Assembly (NCBI GenBank): GCA_963778115.1
Contig: CAVZSV010000004.1
Span: 160,001-224,000 of the forward strand
Reading direction: 5' to 3'
Length of the DNA: 64,000 nt
DNA from: an uncultured delta proteobacterium
GTDB lineage: Bacteria; Bdellovibrionota; FAC87; UBA2466
This document shows positions 20,950 to 31,560 of this stretch, one piece after another. A program made the translations under genes and the position numbers. The stretch's first letter is position 1, and each line of letters opens with the position of its first letter. The notes beneath the pieces were generated by a model. It was not told the DNA's origin, did no database searches, and saw nothing but the letters and a program-made list of their open reading frames with translations.

Positions 20950-22503
20950 ATGAAAGACCAAGGCGTTCACTTTGATTTCATCCTTATTGGATCCGGTGCC
21001 GGCGGGGGAACTCTTTTTCAAGCACTCGCTCAAGCCGGAAAAAAGGTCCTGCTACTGGAGCGCGGGACTTTTATTCCTCAAGAAGAGCAGAATTGGGATC
21101 CCAAAGAGGTCATCTCCAAACGGCGTTACGGATCGCCCGAGATTTGGAAGGATGAAAATGGCATCTCCTATGAGTGCCCCAGCTTTTATTGCATTGGAGG
21201 AAATACCAAGTTTTACGGTGCTACTTTGATGCGTTTTCGGAAAGAGGATTTTGAGGAGCTGCGCCACTTCGAGGGTGTCTCCCCGGCATGGCCGCTCTCG
21301 TACGAAGCTTTTGAGCCTTATTACCAGAAAGCGGAAACGTTATATCGTGTCCGTGGGGTTCATAAGATCGATCCCACCGAACCCGCTTCCTCAGGAGCGT
21401 ATCCGTTTCCTCCTATCCCTCATGATCCGACCATTCAAGGGGTCGAAGAGCGATTAAAATCACAAGGGCTTCATCCCTTCCCTCTCCCTTTGGCTATCGA
21501 ATATTCGGATCCGCCCTTAACAGCGAACCACTGCGTCCGCTGTAATACCTGCGGCGGATATCCGTGTAAGATCCACGCGAAAAATGACGCTGAAACCATC
21601 TGCGTTACGCCTTGGGCGAAACTGCCGAACGTAACGATAAAAACAGGAGTCCGAGTGGTTCGCTTAGAGACCGATTCCAAAGGTCAACGAGTCACTAAAG
21701 TCCACGGCTTACTTAACGAAAAAACCCCTGAGAGCTATTTTGCCGAGACCGTGGTAGTGAGCGCGGGCGCCATCAATTCGGCAGGGCTTCTGCTTGCATC
21801 AGCAAATCAAAGACATCCTAAGGGGTTAGGAAACTCTTCGGGTCTTGTGGGAAAGAATTACATGCGACATTTGAAATCCTCGGTGGTGGGGATCACCGAA
21901 AGCGAGAACACGACCCGTTTTCAAAAGACATTGGGATTTAACGATTTCTATTTTAACTCCCCGCAATGGAAGTGGCCTCTAGGCCACGTTCAAATGTTGG
22001 GGCGTACAACCATCGCTGCGCTGGAAGCGGCCCGCGTAAAAACGCCCGCCGGATTGACTCACGACAAGCTTGCTAAACACGCGCTCGAATTTGTAGTTTT
22101 CTCAGAAGATCTCCCGCAAGAAACCAATCGGGTCTCCCTTGCTCCGGACGGTACACTCGTCGTTCGCTACCACCCCAATAATTTAGAAGGCCACCGCCGC
22201 CTTGTTGAAAAAGTGAAAGCCCTTCTGCCTGCTCTTGGCTGCGTGCATGTCCTTAGCGATCATGGTTTGTACGTCGGCAAAATGGTAGGGCCCGACAACG
22301 CTAATCACCAATGCGGTACCCTTCGTTTCGGAAAGGATCCGAAAACCTCCGTGCTTAACCCCGATTGCCGTTTGCATGACGTGGATAATGTTTTTGTCGT
22401 AGACTCAAGCTTCATGCCTTCCAGCTCGGCCACTAATCCCGCCCTTACCGTTATCGCTAATGCCCTTCGAGTAGCGCAGAAGCTGATTGGGCCTTGGCTT
22501 TAG
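20950..22503 (+). CDS. GMC family flavoprotein oxidoreductase
   Basis: IGSGAGGG, GGNTKFYGA, HQCGTLRFG, NPALTVIANALR. Confidence 0.92.
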   Translation: MKDQGVHFDFILIGSGAGGGTLFQALAQAGKKVLLLERGTFIPQEEQNWDPKEVISKRRYGSPEIWKDENGISYECPSFYCIGGNTKFYGATLMRFRKEDFEELRHFEGVSPAWPLSYEAFEPYYQKAETLYRVRGVHKIDPTEPASSGAYPFPPIPHDPTIQGVEERLKSQGLHPFPLPLAIEYSDPPLTANHCVRCNTCGGYPCKIHAKNDAETICVTPWAKLPNVTIKTGVRVVRLETDSKGQRVTKVHGLLNEKTPESYFAETVVVSAGAINSAGLLLASANQRHPKGLGNSSGLVGKNYMRHLKSSVVGITESENTTRFQKTLGFNDFYFNSPQWKWPLGHVQMLGRTTIAALEAARVKTPAGLTHDKLAKHALEFVVFSEDLPQETNRVSLAPDGTLVVRYHPNNLEGHRRLVEKVKALLPALGCVHVLSDHGLYVGKMVGPDNANHQCGTLRFGKDPKTSVLNPDCRLHDVDNVFVVDSSFMPSSSATNPALTVIANALRVAQKLIGPWL

Positions 22504-22530
22504 ATGGGCCTCATGCCAGCATGACCCGTC

Positions 22531-23865
22531 ATGAAAGGCTTCAAGGCAAAGTTACCTTTTTTTCTGCTCGGGGCGATATTTTTAGTGCATGCGGCTTTTA
22601 TCGTTCACTATTCCGTCGACATCCCCCTAGGCGATGAGTGGGAGGCACTTAATTCAGACCAACTTCCCTCTGGCCTAACGCTCTCGTGGCTCTTTAAGGC
22701 TCATAACGAAGACCGCATAGTGCCGACCAAATTTCTCATGTGGGCCCTTCTAAAGATTGATAACTGGAACCTAAGTGTGAACCAGTACATAAGTTTTGCT
22801 TTTTTTGGCGTTTTAATCCTAAGTTTTTTCCTTTTAAAAAAAAGGCTCGCCCCCCAAAGTTCCGCGTCGATCTTAGCCTGGTTTCTTATTTTTCTGGTAT
22901 CGGCGATCTCTAACGAAAATCATGCGTGGGGAGTGCAATCGTGCATTCACTTCTTGCTGCTTTTCTTTTTACTAGCAGTCTACTTCCTGTTTGATAATCA
23001 GCAAAAGACGGGATCTTTGGTCTTGGGCTCCCTTTTCGCTTTGGGCAGTATCTTTTCCTTTTCGAATGGAACCGCACTCTGCGCCGTTCTGGTGGTGGTC
23101 TACGCCTTTTACAAATGGGATCGTATTAGAGCCGGTACCAACAAAGACAAAACCCGAGAATTACTTCAGTCCCTACTTGTCATTGGCATTGTTGGTTCTG
23201 GTGTCGCGGCTTGGGTTGTTCATTACCAACGGGTGCAGGGCCATCCCCTTCCGATACTTCCCTACGATTATCGCTTTTGGGACATGTTTCTTAACCTGAT
23301 TAGTTTTGGTTTCGGATATCACGGACAATCGGCCCTTATCGGGCTTATCTGTTTATTGGCCGTCTTAACTCCCCTCTTAATGATCTGGCGTTACCGCAGT
23401 TCCCACAAAGAATCCGTCTATGGACTTGCGGCGGCCATCTTAGGAGTTCTGGCTGCAGTCGCTGTTATTGCTTTTGGCAGAGCGGGCTTCGGGGTGGCTT
23501 CGTCTAAAACAAGCCGCTATTCAGAGACCGCCTTCATTCTCATCCCCCTTATGGTTTTCGCCTGGAGTATCGCCCTTAGCACCCGCTTTCACTTCGAGAA
23601 GCGAAAGACAAATGCGATCTGGGTTGTACTTTGGCTTCTGTGCTTGGGAGGCTATTCCAATACCAACAACTGGAACTTCAAGTACTACCACCATTACCAG
23701 ATCATCAAACAAGAGGGGTTAGACTGCGTCGAGAGATACCTTCGAAACGGCGGAGAAGCTCGCTGTACCTGTATCTATTTTGCGGATCTGACACAAAAGC
23801 TGCAAAACGCCCAGGCTCTAAATTTGTCTTTTCTTAAGAAGTGCCAAGCAAAGCCTCGTCATTGA
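22531..23865 (+). CDS. Multi-pass membrane protein, GT-C glycosyltransferase-like
   Basis: PLGDEW and HNEDR motifs after TM1, late SRY motif, about 11 TM helices. Confidence 0.6.
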   Translation: MKGFKAKLPFFLLGAIFLVHAAFIVHYSVDIPLGDEWEALNSDQLPSGLTLSWLFKAHNEDRIVPTKFLMWALLKIDNWNLSVNQYISFAFFGVLILSFFLLKKRLAPQSSASILAWFLIFLVSAISNENHAWGVQSCIHFLLLFFLLAVYFLFDNQQKTGSLVLGSLFALGSIFSFSNGTALCAVLVVVYAFYKWDRIRAGTNKDKTRELLQSLLVIGIVGSGVAAWVVHYQRVQGHPLPILPYDYRFWDMFLNLISFGFGYHGQSALIGLICLLAVLTPLLMIWRYRSSHKESVYGLAAAILGVLAAVAVIAFGRAGFGVASSKTSRYSETAFILIPLMVFAWSIALSTRFHFEKRKTNAIWVVLWLLCLGGYSNTNNWNFKYYHHYQIIKQEGLDCVERYLRNGGEARCTCIYFADLTQKLQNAQALNLSFLKKCQAKPRH

Positions 23866-23969
23866 CCTCTCTTGACAAGGTCGAGCGGTTTATCGCATAT
23901 AGCAACGCATCATTCGTACTTTGGCCGTACTTTGGCAATACTTTAGCCCCAGTGTGCAGAAGGAATTCT

Positions 23970-25280
23970 ATGCGTTCCCCGTTGAGTGTCAGTCTTATTT
24001 CCCTGTTGCTTGTAATCGTAGGCTCCCAATCCCCGGGAGGGGTTGAGGACTTTAGAGGGTTAAAAACCGCAAAAATACATGAACTTATGGATTATGCGGA
24101 ATGGGCAAAGCAGGGCATTCAACCTGGCTTTACCCTAGACGCAAAGAGTTGCCCTTCTCAAGTGGCGGGAGTTCGCTTGATCCCTCTGCCCTGCGCCGAC
24201 GACACGGTTTTTAATTTCCGCATTCCCATCGCCCTTCTTGCGATCGCCCCTTTCCAAGACACTCGTTTCACCATGGGCTTTGATCGCTTGGCCGAGCTAG
24301 GAGTTTACTTAAGAAAATCCGGCGACGGATCCCTCTATTGCCTGCCAAAACGAGCAGCCCTCGGTTTGCCCCAAGATAAAATTTACGAAGGCCTTATTGC
24401 CCCCAACTACCTCTCTTATCCCGCGCGAGCCTATACCTACTTGGCCACGCTTAATAGGGATGCAAGAACAAACCTCAAAGGGTTATGGAGCACGATCCAT
24501 AAACACTTTGTAGGTCCTCAAGGGGGAATCGTCTCGGGATGGAATCCTAGTAACAACATGCAGACCAACACGATTGATCAAGCTTCACTAATCTATCCTT
24601 GGGACTCCTCCGGCTTCCATCTCTTCACTGCCCTCGATAGAACGGATGACGCTGCGATGCTACGTTTTCACCGGGAATTACTTACCTCTTCGACTCTAGT
24701 GGCCACTAAGATGTTGAGAGAGGGAAAGCTTCCGGTGGAGGCATTGAACGCCACAACGTTAGAGCCGTTGACCGAGGGGACTTACGGTGAAAACCGTCCC
24801 GTGATTATTCTTGGCCATTATGCCCAACTATTGAATTTCATCATGAGAGCTCACCAGCGGGACGTAACTGTGCCAGGCGTCGATTTACTGGCTACGGTCC
24901 GTAATCAATTTAAATACTTCCTCGATCCCAAGAATCCTTTCGTAAACCAAGCGGAGGGTGGAATCTATAATGGCTTTTATCAAGACACCGCTGTCCTGGT
25001 TTGGAATGACAACATGGCATATTGGCAGCTCTGCGAGTGGGCTGCAGCGTTAAATAGAGCCTTAAGTCTAAAGCTCTTTGACGAAGATCCGGCATTTCTC
25101 CATTTGGCACAGCGGGCGTTTCTAAGAACCATGGATACCTTGGGTCTATTTTTTAGAAATAACCGTCCCATCACTGCCACTATTACCGGCCAGGGAGCCA
25201 TTAGTGACGACGACAAGCCGAACATCAATTTTATCCTCCCCTATCATACCGTCGATCTGCTTGAGCAGTTGCTGCGCTAG
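23970..25280 (+). CDS. Secreted protein, possibly six-hairpin (alpha/alpha)6 / AGE-epimerase-like
   Basis: AGGA SD + signal peptide; GHYAQ...EGGIY...YWQLCE loosely resembles AGE-family motifs. Confidence 0.45.
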   Translation: MRSPLSVSLISLLLVIVGSQSPGGVEDFRGLKTAKIHELMDYAEWAKQGIQPGFTLDAKSCPSQVAGVRLIPLPCADDTVFNFRIPIALLAIAPFQDTRFTMGFDRLAELGVYLRKSGDGSLYCLPKRAALGLPQDKIYEGLIAPNYLSYPARAYTYLATLNRDARTNLKGLWSTIHKHFVGPQGGIVSGWNPSNNMQTNTIDQASLIYPWDSSGFHLFTALDRTDDAAMLRFHRELLTSSTLVATKMLREGKLPVEALNATTLEPLTEGTYGENRPVIILGHYAQLLNFIMRAHQRDVTVPGVDLLATVRNQFKYFLDPKNPFVNQAEGGIYNGFYQDTAVLVWNDNMAYWQLCEWAAALNRALSLKLFDEDPAFLHLAQRAFLRTMDTLGLFFRNNRPITATITGQGAISDDDKPNINFILPYHTVDLLEQLLR

Positions 25281-25289
25281 GTAATTTGC

Positions 25290-25655
25290 TTGGTAAAGTG
25301 GATCCATAGAATCGCAGCACTCTCTGTTGCCTTTTATGTGGGATGGTTCTGGTTAGCCGACAAAGATCCCGCCGATCTATTTCTACGCCGCTTTTTCCTA
25401 CTCTTTCCGCTGGCTCTGATTTGGTTTAAGGACCCGCTAGGCGAAGCAACAGGCTTCAACGTCTTTTTCGATGCGGGATCTGGATTGGCGCGCCGCCTTT
25501 TGGTTGACTCCCCGAGCGGCCCGTTCTTTATAGCGCTGTTGGGATGGGTGCTACTACTCTCCCCTATCTGGTTTCATTTTCTGACACTCCCTCGCTATCT
25601 GGTGAAACTTCCCGTTGGCAACTCCCCCCTTTTCAAGCCATCATGGGCGCCATGA
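25290..25655 (+). CDS. Hypothetical membrane protein
   Basis: Three hydrophobic segments; stop overlaps the next ATG (ATGA). Confidence 0.55.
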   Translation: MVKWIHRIAALSVAFYVGWFWLADKDPADLFLRRFFLLFPLALIWFKDPLGEATGFNVFFDAGSGLARRLLVDSPSGPFFIALLGWVLLLSPIWFHFLTLPRYLVKLPVGNSPLFKPSWAP

Positions 25656-27042
25656 AGACATGGGTAGTTTTAAGATTCGGGGTGGCCATCGCGTTTCTTT
25701 CTCTAAGAGTGTCAGTGGCAGCGTTGCTAATGATCCGAAGTTACAAGAAACCACCCAACGCATCACTCAAGAGATTACCCAACGCGGACACGCTTATAAT
25801 GACCTCGTGGAGCTGACGGGCATCGGCCATCGCCTAAGCGGAAGTGCCGGAGCCGAAAAAGCCGTTGCCTGGGCCAAGCACAAAATGGAAAGCTATGGAT
25901 TTGATAAAGTCTACTTGCAGCCGATGATGGCAGTAAATTGGTCTCGGGGATCCACCGAACGAGCCACTCTCATAGACGCCGAACAATCTTTCCCACTGAA
26001 TTTATGCGCCATAGGCGGGAGTGTCGGAACCGGAGAAAAAGAGATTGGGGCTTCGGTCATAGAAGTAAAAAGTTTAGAAGAAGTGGATCGGCTAGCCGAC
26101 GCCGTCCGAGGGAAAATCGTATTTTATAACAAGGCCATGGATCCTAAAATCGATCCGTCCGATGCTTACGGTAATACCGTTGATCAGCGTGTGTACGGTG
26201 CTGCCAAAGCGGGTAAATATGGAGCGACGGCCGTCCTTGTCAGGTCACTCACTTCGCTTATTGACGATGACCATCCTCATACGGGCAGCCTTCATTACAA
26301 AGACGGTATTACTGAAATTCCAGCCGCGGCCCTTAGCGTAAGGTCGGCGAATCTGCTTTCACAGCACCTGAAAGAAAATCCGGCGACGAAAGTAAAGCTC
26401 GAGCTCTCAGCAAAAATGGAACCTCCTGTTCCTTCCTTCAATGTCATTGGAGAAATTACCGGAAGGGAGTTTCCAAAAGAGTACGTCGTCGTAAGCGGCC
26501 ATTTAGATAGTTGGGATTTAGGTACCGGAGCCCACGACGATGGCGCCGGAGTGGTCGAGACGATTGAAACGCTGCGCGCTTTGGGCGCCCTTAAGATCAG
26601 ACCTCGGCGAACGGTCCGAGCTGTCCTTTTTATGTCTGAAGAATATGGTGGAGTCGGAGGAAAGCAATATTTGCGCGAGGTAAAAGCCAATGGAGAAAAA
26701 CATGTAGCAGCTTTGGAGTCTGATCAAGGAGGATTCAACCCCGCCGGATTCGATGTCACTGGAAATCCAGAGATCGTAAAACTCATCGAGAACTGGAAGC
26801 CTTATCTAAAACCCCTACACGCCGATCGCATCACTACCGGAAGTGGGGGAACAGATGTTGATCCTCTGGGCGAACTTGGAGTTCCCACCTTAGGACTCGT
26901 TATTGACTCCACTCATTACTTTGACATCCATCACTCGGCATTAGATCGCATTGAGGCCGTTAATCCTAAAGAGCTCTGTGCCGGAACCTCGGCAGTTGCC
27001 ACCCTTACTTACCTTTTGGCTGAAGAGGGTTTGGGAAAATAG
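25652..27042 (+). CDS. M28 family peptidase (carboxypeptidase Q-like, PA domain) with an apparent frameshift after the signal peptide
   Basis: SGHLDSWD, GAHDDGAG, MSEEYG, ESDQG, HHSALD. Signal peptide MKTWVVLRFGVAIAFLSL from ATG 25652 is in a different frame from the catalytic body. Confidence 0.85.
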
Positions 27043-27046
27043 CGTC

Positions 27047-27535
27047 ATGGACAAAGCGACTATTTTAAAAAGGTTTACTGACCAGATCGCAGAAGCACTG
27101 ACCGTCTTAACGCAAGCAGCGCTAAGCGCCCATGAAGCGGCTACTCACGGAGAATCTAAAGCGGAAGATCAATACGACACCCGCGGATTAGAAGCCTCGT
27201 ATCTGGCAGGAGCGCAGTCTCGCCGGGCGATGGAGCTCGAAGAGGCGTTGGCCCTTTACCGTCATGTAGATATCATCGCTTTCACTAAGGACATGCCTAT
27301 CGCTTCCACCGCGCTAATCGAATTAGTCGAATTGGAAAGCGAACAGAAGCGGTCGTTTTATCTTTTGATGCCCCAACGAGGTGGAATGAGTCTTACTTTC
27401 GAAGGAAAACAGATCCAAACGGTTACTCCCCAATCCCCGATGGGAACAGCCCTGCTCGGACGGCGAGTAGGCGATGAGATTCAAGTAGAGATTCAAAGAG
27501 TGACCCGTGACTACGAGATCGTTTCCGTCCTGTAG
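27047..27535 (+). CDS. GreA/GreB-family elongation-factor-like protein
   Basis: ESKAEDQYDTRGLEASYLA; C-terminal VTPQSPMGTALLGRRVGDEI. Confidence 0.82.
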   Translation: MDKATILKRFTDQIAEALTVLTQAALSAHEAATHGESKAEDQYDTRGLEASYLAGAQSRRAMELEEALALYRHVDIIAFTKDMPIASTALIELVELESEQKRSFYLLMPQRGGMSLTFEGKQIQTVTPQSPMGTALLGRRVGDEIQVEIQRVTRDYEIVSVL

Positions 27536-27600
27536 CCGCTAACCTTTAGTGACAAGTAATTTCACCCCTTTACGGCCCATTATGGTAATCAAAGGGGCCA

Positions 27601-29004
27601 ATGAAAGCTCTGAGCCATTTCAAGGAAATTGAACTATCGGCGGGACTACAGCAAGTTCTGGAAAGCATGGCCTTTACCATCCCGACGCCAGTGCAATCTC
27701 GCTGCATTCCCATCCTCATGGCAGGTCAGGACGTTATCGCTCAAGCCATGACCGGTAGCGGAAAGACCGCCGCCTTTGGAATTCCGCTGTTAGAGAAAAT
27801 GGATGTTAAGGTTCGTCGCATCCAAGCTTTAGTCCTTTGCCCAACACGAGAACTGGCGACTCAAGTCGCCGAGCATCTTAGAAAGTTAGGTCGCTACCAA
27901 AATAATCTACAGATCGTAACCCTATTCGGCGGACGGCCTGCCGCTTTGGAACGACGAACCCTGGAACACGGAGCCCACATTATTGTCGGCACTCCGGGAC
28001 GTATTTTGGATCATATGGGTCGTGGATCTTTAGACTTTAACCTCATAAAGACCGTAGTTCTCGATGAAGCTGACCGCATGTTGGATATGGGCTTTCACGA
28101 AAAAATAGAGGAAATTTTATCTAAGACTCCCCCTGAGAGAACCACAGCCCTTTTCTCTGCGACTTTTCCCGACATGATTGTGCGACTCAGCCGCAAATAT
28201 CAGAAGAAGGCGGAGCAGGTCATTATCGAAACTCCCGCGATCGAACTCCCTGAGATCGACCAACGACTTTACCGAACGTCGAACGAAACCAAAGTCAGCG
28301 TTCTTATAGCCGTCTTAAATAGTTTTCGCCCTCAATCGGTGCTTGTTTTCTCCAATATGAAAGTACGGGTTGACGAAATTGTACAAAACCTAAGACGCGC
28401 CGGACACAATGCTAGCGGACTGCATGGAGATCTTGAGCAGCACATGCGCGAAAGAGTCATGGCCAAATTTCGAAACCAAAGTACTCGGATCTTAGTGGCT
28501 ACCGACGTTGCCGCTCGGGGCCTCGACATTGCAGGACTAGACGCTGTTATCAATTTCGACTTGCCATCAGATGCGGACCAATACATTCACCGAATTGGAA
28601 GAACAGGCCGCGCTGGCAAAAAAGGACTAGCTATCTCCTTCGTCAATAGCATCGAAGCCCCTAAGCTCAAAAGGATTCGAGAACTCACCGAATCGGAGCT
28701 ACCGCTAATCGATCCCAAAACCCTTTTGGATAAGGTTCCCTCCGCCACTCCCGCCCCCACTCATAGTAGCGACATGCGGACTCTCTCCATTCTCGGCGGA
28801 CGAAAAACCAAATTGCGGCCGGGGGATATCTTAGGCGCAATCACCGGAGATGCCGGCGTAAGTGGAGATGAGGTCGGCAAGATTGAGATCTTAGATAGAG
28901 TCTCCTATGTTGCTATCAGTCGAAAATCGGCCGGTAAGGCCTTCACCTACTTCCAACATGGCAAGATTAAGGGGCGGCGCTTCCAAGTCCAGTGGGTCGA
29001 CTAA
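27601..29004 (+). CDS. dbpA: ATP-dependent RNA helicase DbpA
   Basis: TGSGKT, PTRELA, DEAD, SAT, HRIGRTGR; C-terminal GGRKTKLRPGDILGA RNA-binding domain. Confidence 0.93.
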   Translation: MKALSHFKEIELSAGLQQVLESMAFTIPTPVQSRCIPILMAGQDVIAQAMTGSGKTAAFGIPLLEKMDVKVRRIQALVLCPTRELATQVAEHLRKLGRYQNNLQIVTLFGGRPAALERRTLEHGAHIIVGTPGRILDHMGRGSLDFNLIKTVVLDEADRMLDMGFHEKIEEILSKTPPERTTALFSATFPDMIVRLSRKYQKKAEQVIIETPAIELPEIDQRLYRTSNETKVSVLIAVLNSFRPQSVLVFSNMKVRVDEIVQNLRRAGHNASGLHGDLEQHMRERVMAKFRNQSTRILVATDVAARGLDIAGLDAVINFDLPSDADQYIHRIGRTGRAGKKGLAISFVNSIEAPKLKRIRELTESELPLIDPKTLLDKVPSATPAPTHSSDMRTLSILGGRKTKLRPGDILGAITGDAGVSGDEVGKIEILDRVSYVAISRKSAGKAFTYFQHGKIKGRRFQVQWVD

Positions 29005-29045
29005 AAAACTTTCCCTTTCCTAACGGGTCAAGGTATCAAAAGGCC

Positions 29046-29423
29046 ATGACCTCTAATAAACCTCCTACAGGTAAAGGGCCTCGCGACTTTCTAACCGAAA
29101 TTCGCAAAGATAGGAGGGAGCTGGAAAAGGGCTACCGAGAGCGGGCACTAAAAATGTATCCCTGGGTCTGCGGCAGATGCGCGCGTGAATTTAGCGGAAA
29201 GCGGCTCAAGGAACTAACGGTTCATCACAGGGATCACAACCACGACAATAATCCCCCCGACGGTAGCAACTGGGAGTTACTCTGCATCTACTGCCATGAG
29301 AATGAGCACGCTCGTTATAAGGTAGCCGATTCAGTGACCGCAGATTTTTCGAAGGACGAAGGGCCTAAGCTCTCTAATCAGGCTTTCGCGGGACTAGCGG
29401 ACTTGCTGAAACCAAAAAAATAA
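29046..29423 (+). CDS. yajD: YajD family HNH nuclease
   Basis: YRERALKMYPWVCGRC, LTVHHRDHNHDNNPPDGSNWELLCIYCHENEH. Confidence 0.9.
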   Translation: MTSNKPPTGKGPRDFLTEIRKDRRELEKGYRERALKMYPWVCGRCAREFSGKRLKELTVHHRDHNHDNNPPDGSNWELLCIYCHENEHARYKVADSVTADFSKDEGPKLSNQAFAGLADLLKPKK

Positions 29424-29428
29424 TCCTG

Positions 29429-30046
29429 TTAATTAGCCTCGCCATCCCACCACGAGGGTTTTCTCCACTCGATAAGAACGCTAACGATACTCCCATTGCG
29501 GAAGAGATAACCCAACTTAGCATCATCTCTGATGCTGGTCCAAAAAAGGCCATGACAATCCATTTTGTTCTGTTGCTTGCGTCTCTCTCTGACTATGGCT
29601 TCGTCTTCTCTACCGAAGGAACAGGGATCATTCATGGGATCAAACGGTAACGCCCCTTCGTCCTCGACTTCGATAACGATGCCTTTAGTGATGGAAAAAG
29701 CGCGCAACTTGATTCTTTTGCTTCTCTCAAATTGGTTTCCCCACCGAACCGCGTTATCGAACAATTCACCAAGAACTTCGCTTGCCCAGAAAGCGGGGCA
29801 GTACTCGTCTGAGTTATCGCATTTTAAATAAGACCTGTGTCTTTTCTCAACCTCCTCCCGAACACTTTCTATAACGTCGCGCTCAAGAGCTTCTCTTTCC
29901 CTCTTTAGATCCAGGATCGTAGAGGGAGTCATAATCTCTCGAAAAACAGCATCCCTCCCCCACGATGAAGAATGACCGAGGGACACAAAGGAAAGCAAAA
30001 CAGTGGCATGGAAAGACAAAGAGCGATCCCGAGCCATAAGCTCCAC
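29429..30046 (-). CDS. HATPase_c (anti-sigma/RsbW-like) domain protein with signal-peptide-like N-terminus
   Basis: N-box ELFDNAVRWGN, G1 IEVEDEG..FDP, degenerate G2 HGL. Confidence 0.6.
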   Translation of the reverse strand: MELMARDRSLSFHATVLLSFVSLGHSSSWGRDAVFREIMTPSTILDLKREREALERDVIESVREEVEKRHRSYLKCDNSDEYCPAFWASEVLGELFDNAVRWGNQFERSKRIKLRAFSITKGIVIEVEDEGALPFDPMNDPCSFGREDEAIVRERRKQQNKMDCHGLFWTSIRDDAKLGYLFRNGSIVSVLIEWRKPSWWDGEAN

Positions 30047-30203
30047 GGCCTTACTACGAACATTCGATCCTGGCCTTTACGACGAAAGTTAAAACCGGGG
30101 ATTCATGCACTTTTGGTACCGAATTAAAGGGGAATGAAACCTTAGTGATAGCTCTTGCTAAAGGCAGTATTTCTTGTATCGTCGGTAAACTCAGGGTGGA
30201 GCG

Positions 30204-30629
30204 TTGAATATAAAAAAAGACAAGAAAACTTTTTGGAGTGAGGGCATTCGCTTTGAATGCCAAGGAAGCGGCCAGTGCTGCACGTCACGGGGGCTTTACG
30301 GCTACATCTATGTCAGTCTTAAGGACCGACAGCGATTAGCAAGGTTTCTTAAGATCCCCACCCGCCAATTTACCCGAACTTACTGCGACAATACCGATGG
30401 GTGGTTCCACCTCAAAGATCCCTCGCGCGACTGTAACTTTCTGGAGGGAAATCGATGCACGGTATACGAGGGGCGACCGTCCCAATGTCGCACCTGGCCC
30501 TTCTGGCCCGAAAACATGAAAAGCCGCGCCTGGAACAACGAAGTGGTGAAGTTTTGCCCCGGAGTGGGCAAAGGCAAACTCTACACCGCGGAAGAGATCC
30601 AAGGCATGTTGGACAATCACTATCCTTAA
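30204..30629 (+). CDS. YkgJ family cysteine-cluster protein
   Basis: FECQGSGQCC, CNFL...CTVYEGRPSQCRTWPFW, CPGVG. Confidence 0.88.
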   Translation: MNIKKDKKTFWSEGIRFECQGSGQCCTSRGLYGYIYVSLKDRQRLARFLKIPTRQFTRTYCDNTDGWFHLKDPSRDCNFLEGNRCTVYEGRPSQCRTWPFWPENMKSRAWNNEVVKFCPGVGKGKLYTAEEIQGMLDNHYP

Positions 30630-30640
30630 AGTGGCGCGGA

Positions 30641-31021
30641 TTAATTATTAAATCTAGGATCGGTCAATGCGTGGATCGTGTAGGGATCGATCTGTTTTTC
30701 AGTGGTCAGTCGGTTATTTCTAAAAAACACGGGCTGGTTGAGATTCATCCGAAGAGACGTCAGCTGATGGCGGCAGACTCTAACGTGATAATTTTGATAA
30801 TTGGTTTTTCGATTCAGCACGAGCTCTCTACGGTAGTGTTTCCAAAAGCTAGGCCGAGCACCAGGGCCATCGCCTAGCAGAATAAAAGTGATCTCATAGC
30901 TGATGAGGCAAATGGGCTCATTCGAATTGGGCGGTTCGAGCGATTCCCGAAGCCCTCCGGTAAATTCATTTTGCAATGAATCCCAGTCGATGTCCGGCCC
31001 GAATTCAGATTCCAATTCCAT
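30641..31021 (-). CDS. Hypothetical protein
   Basis: 126-aa ORF filling the gap; extended -10-like TGGTAGGGT 6 nt before the ATG. Confidence 0.4.
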   Translation of the reverse strand: MELESEFGPDIDWDSLQNEFTGGLRESLEPPNSNEPICLISYEITFILLGDGPGARPSFWKHYRRELVLNRKTNYQNYHVRVCRHQLTSLRMNLNQPVFFRNNRLTTEKQIDPYTIHALTDPRFNN

Positions 31022-31046
31022 CCCGCGACCCTACCACATCCCTCCC

Positions 31047-31454
31047 TCATAAAGGGAGGTACCTTTCTGTGGTAGAGACTAGATTAGCGATTTCGATGAG
31101 GTTTTCGTCGGGATCGTAGCAATAGATAGAGCGAATCTGGCTATAAGCGCCCGTGCGAAGTACCGGTGGCCCCAGGGTCGATAGGTGGTTTCGTTTTAGA
31201 GTGGCTTCTACCTCTTCCAGAGGGGTGCGCGTTAAAAAGCAGAGATCGGCCGAACCGGGTGTTGGGTGGCGGACATTGGGATCGGGAAGGTTTGCCAAGG
31301 GATGTAGGTTAATTTTCTGGTTCCCGAAGTGAAGACTAAAGCGGCCGGGTAAAAACTCCTTCTTCTGCATCCCCAAAACCGTCTCATAGAAATGGCAGGT
31401 GGAGTCCACATTTCTCACGGTCAACACGAGGTGATCAAGAGAGATTATTTCCAT
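31047..31454 (-). CDS. VOC/glyoxalase family protein
   Basis: LDHLVLTV, FGNQKINLH, PTPGSADLCF, DPDENLIEI. Confidence 0.92.
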   Translation of the reverse strand: MEIISLDHLVLTVRNVDSTCHFYETVLGMQKKEFLPGRFSLHFGNQKINLHPLANLPDPNVRHPTPGSADLCFLTRTPLEEVEATLKRNHLSTLGPPVLRTGAYSQIRSIYCYDPDENLIEIANLVSTTERYLPL

Positions 31455-31560
31455 AAGCGTTTCACGGTAACGTAGAAATTCCTTATAGTAAAAACTTTGT
31501 GGACGATGCCATGATCAGGGAATTAAACCTACGATAATAGGAAGCGCTAAATTTCTGTTT

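Noticed and set aside
29046..29423. HNH nuclease as a defence or mobile-element marker
   Set aside because: Matches the conserved YajD family and has no associated methylase, repeats or mobility genes.
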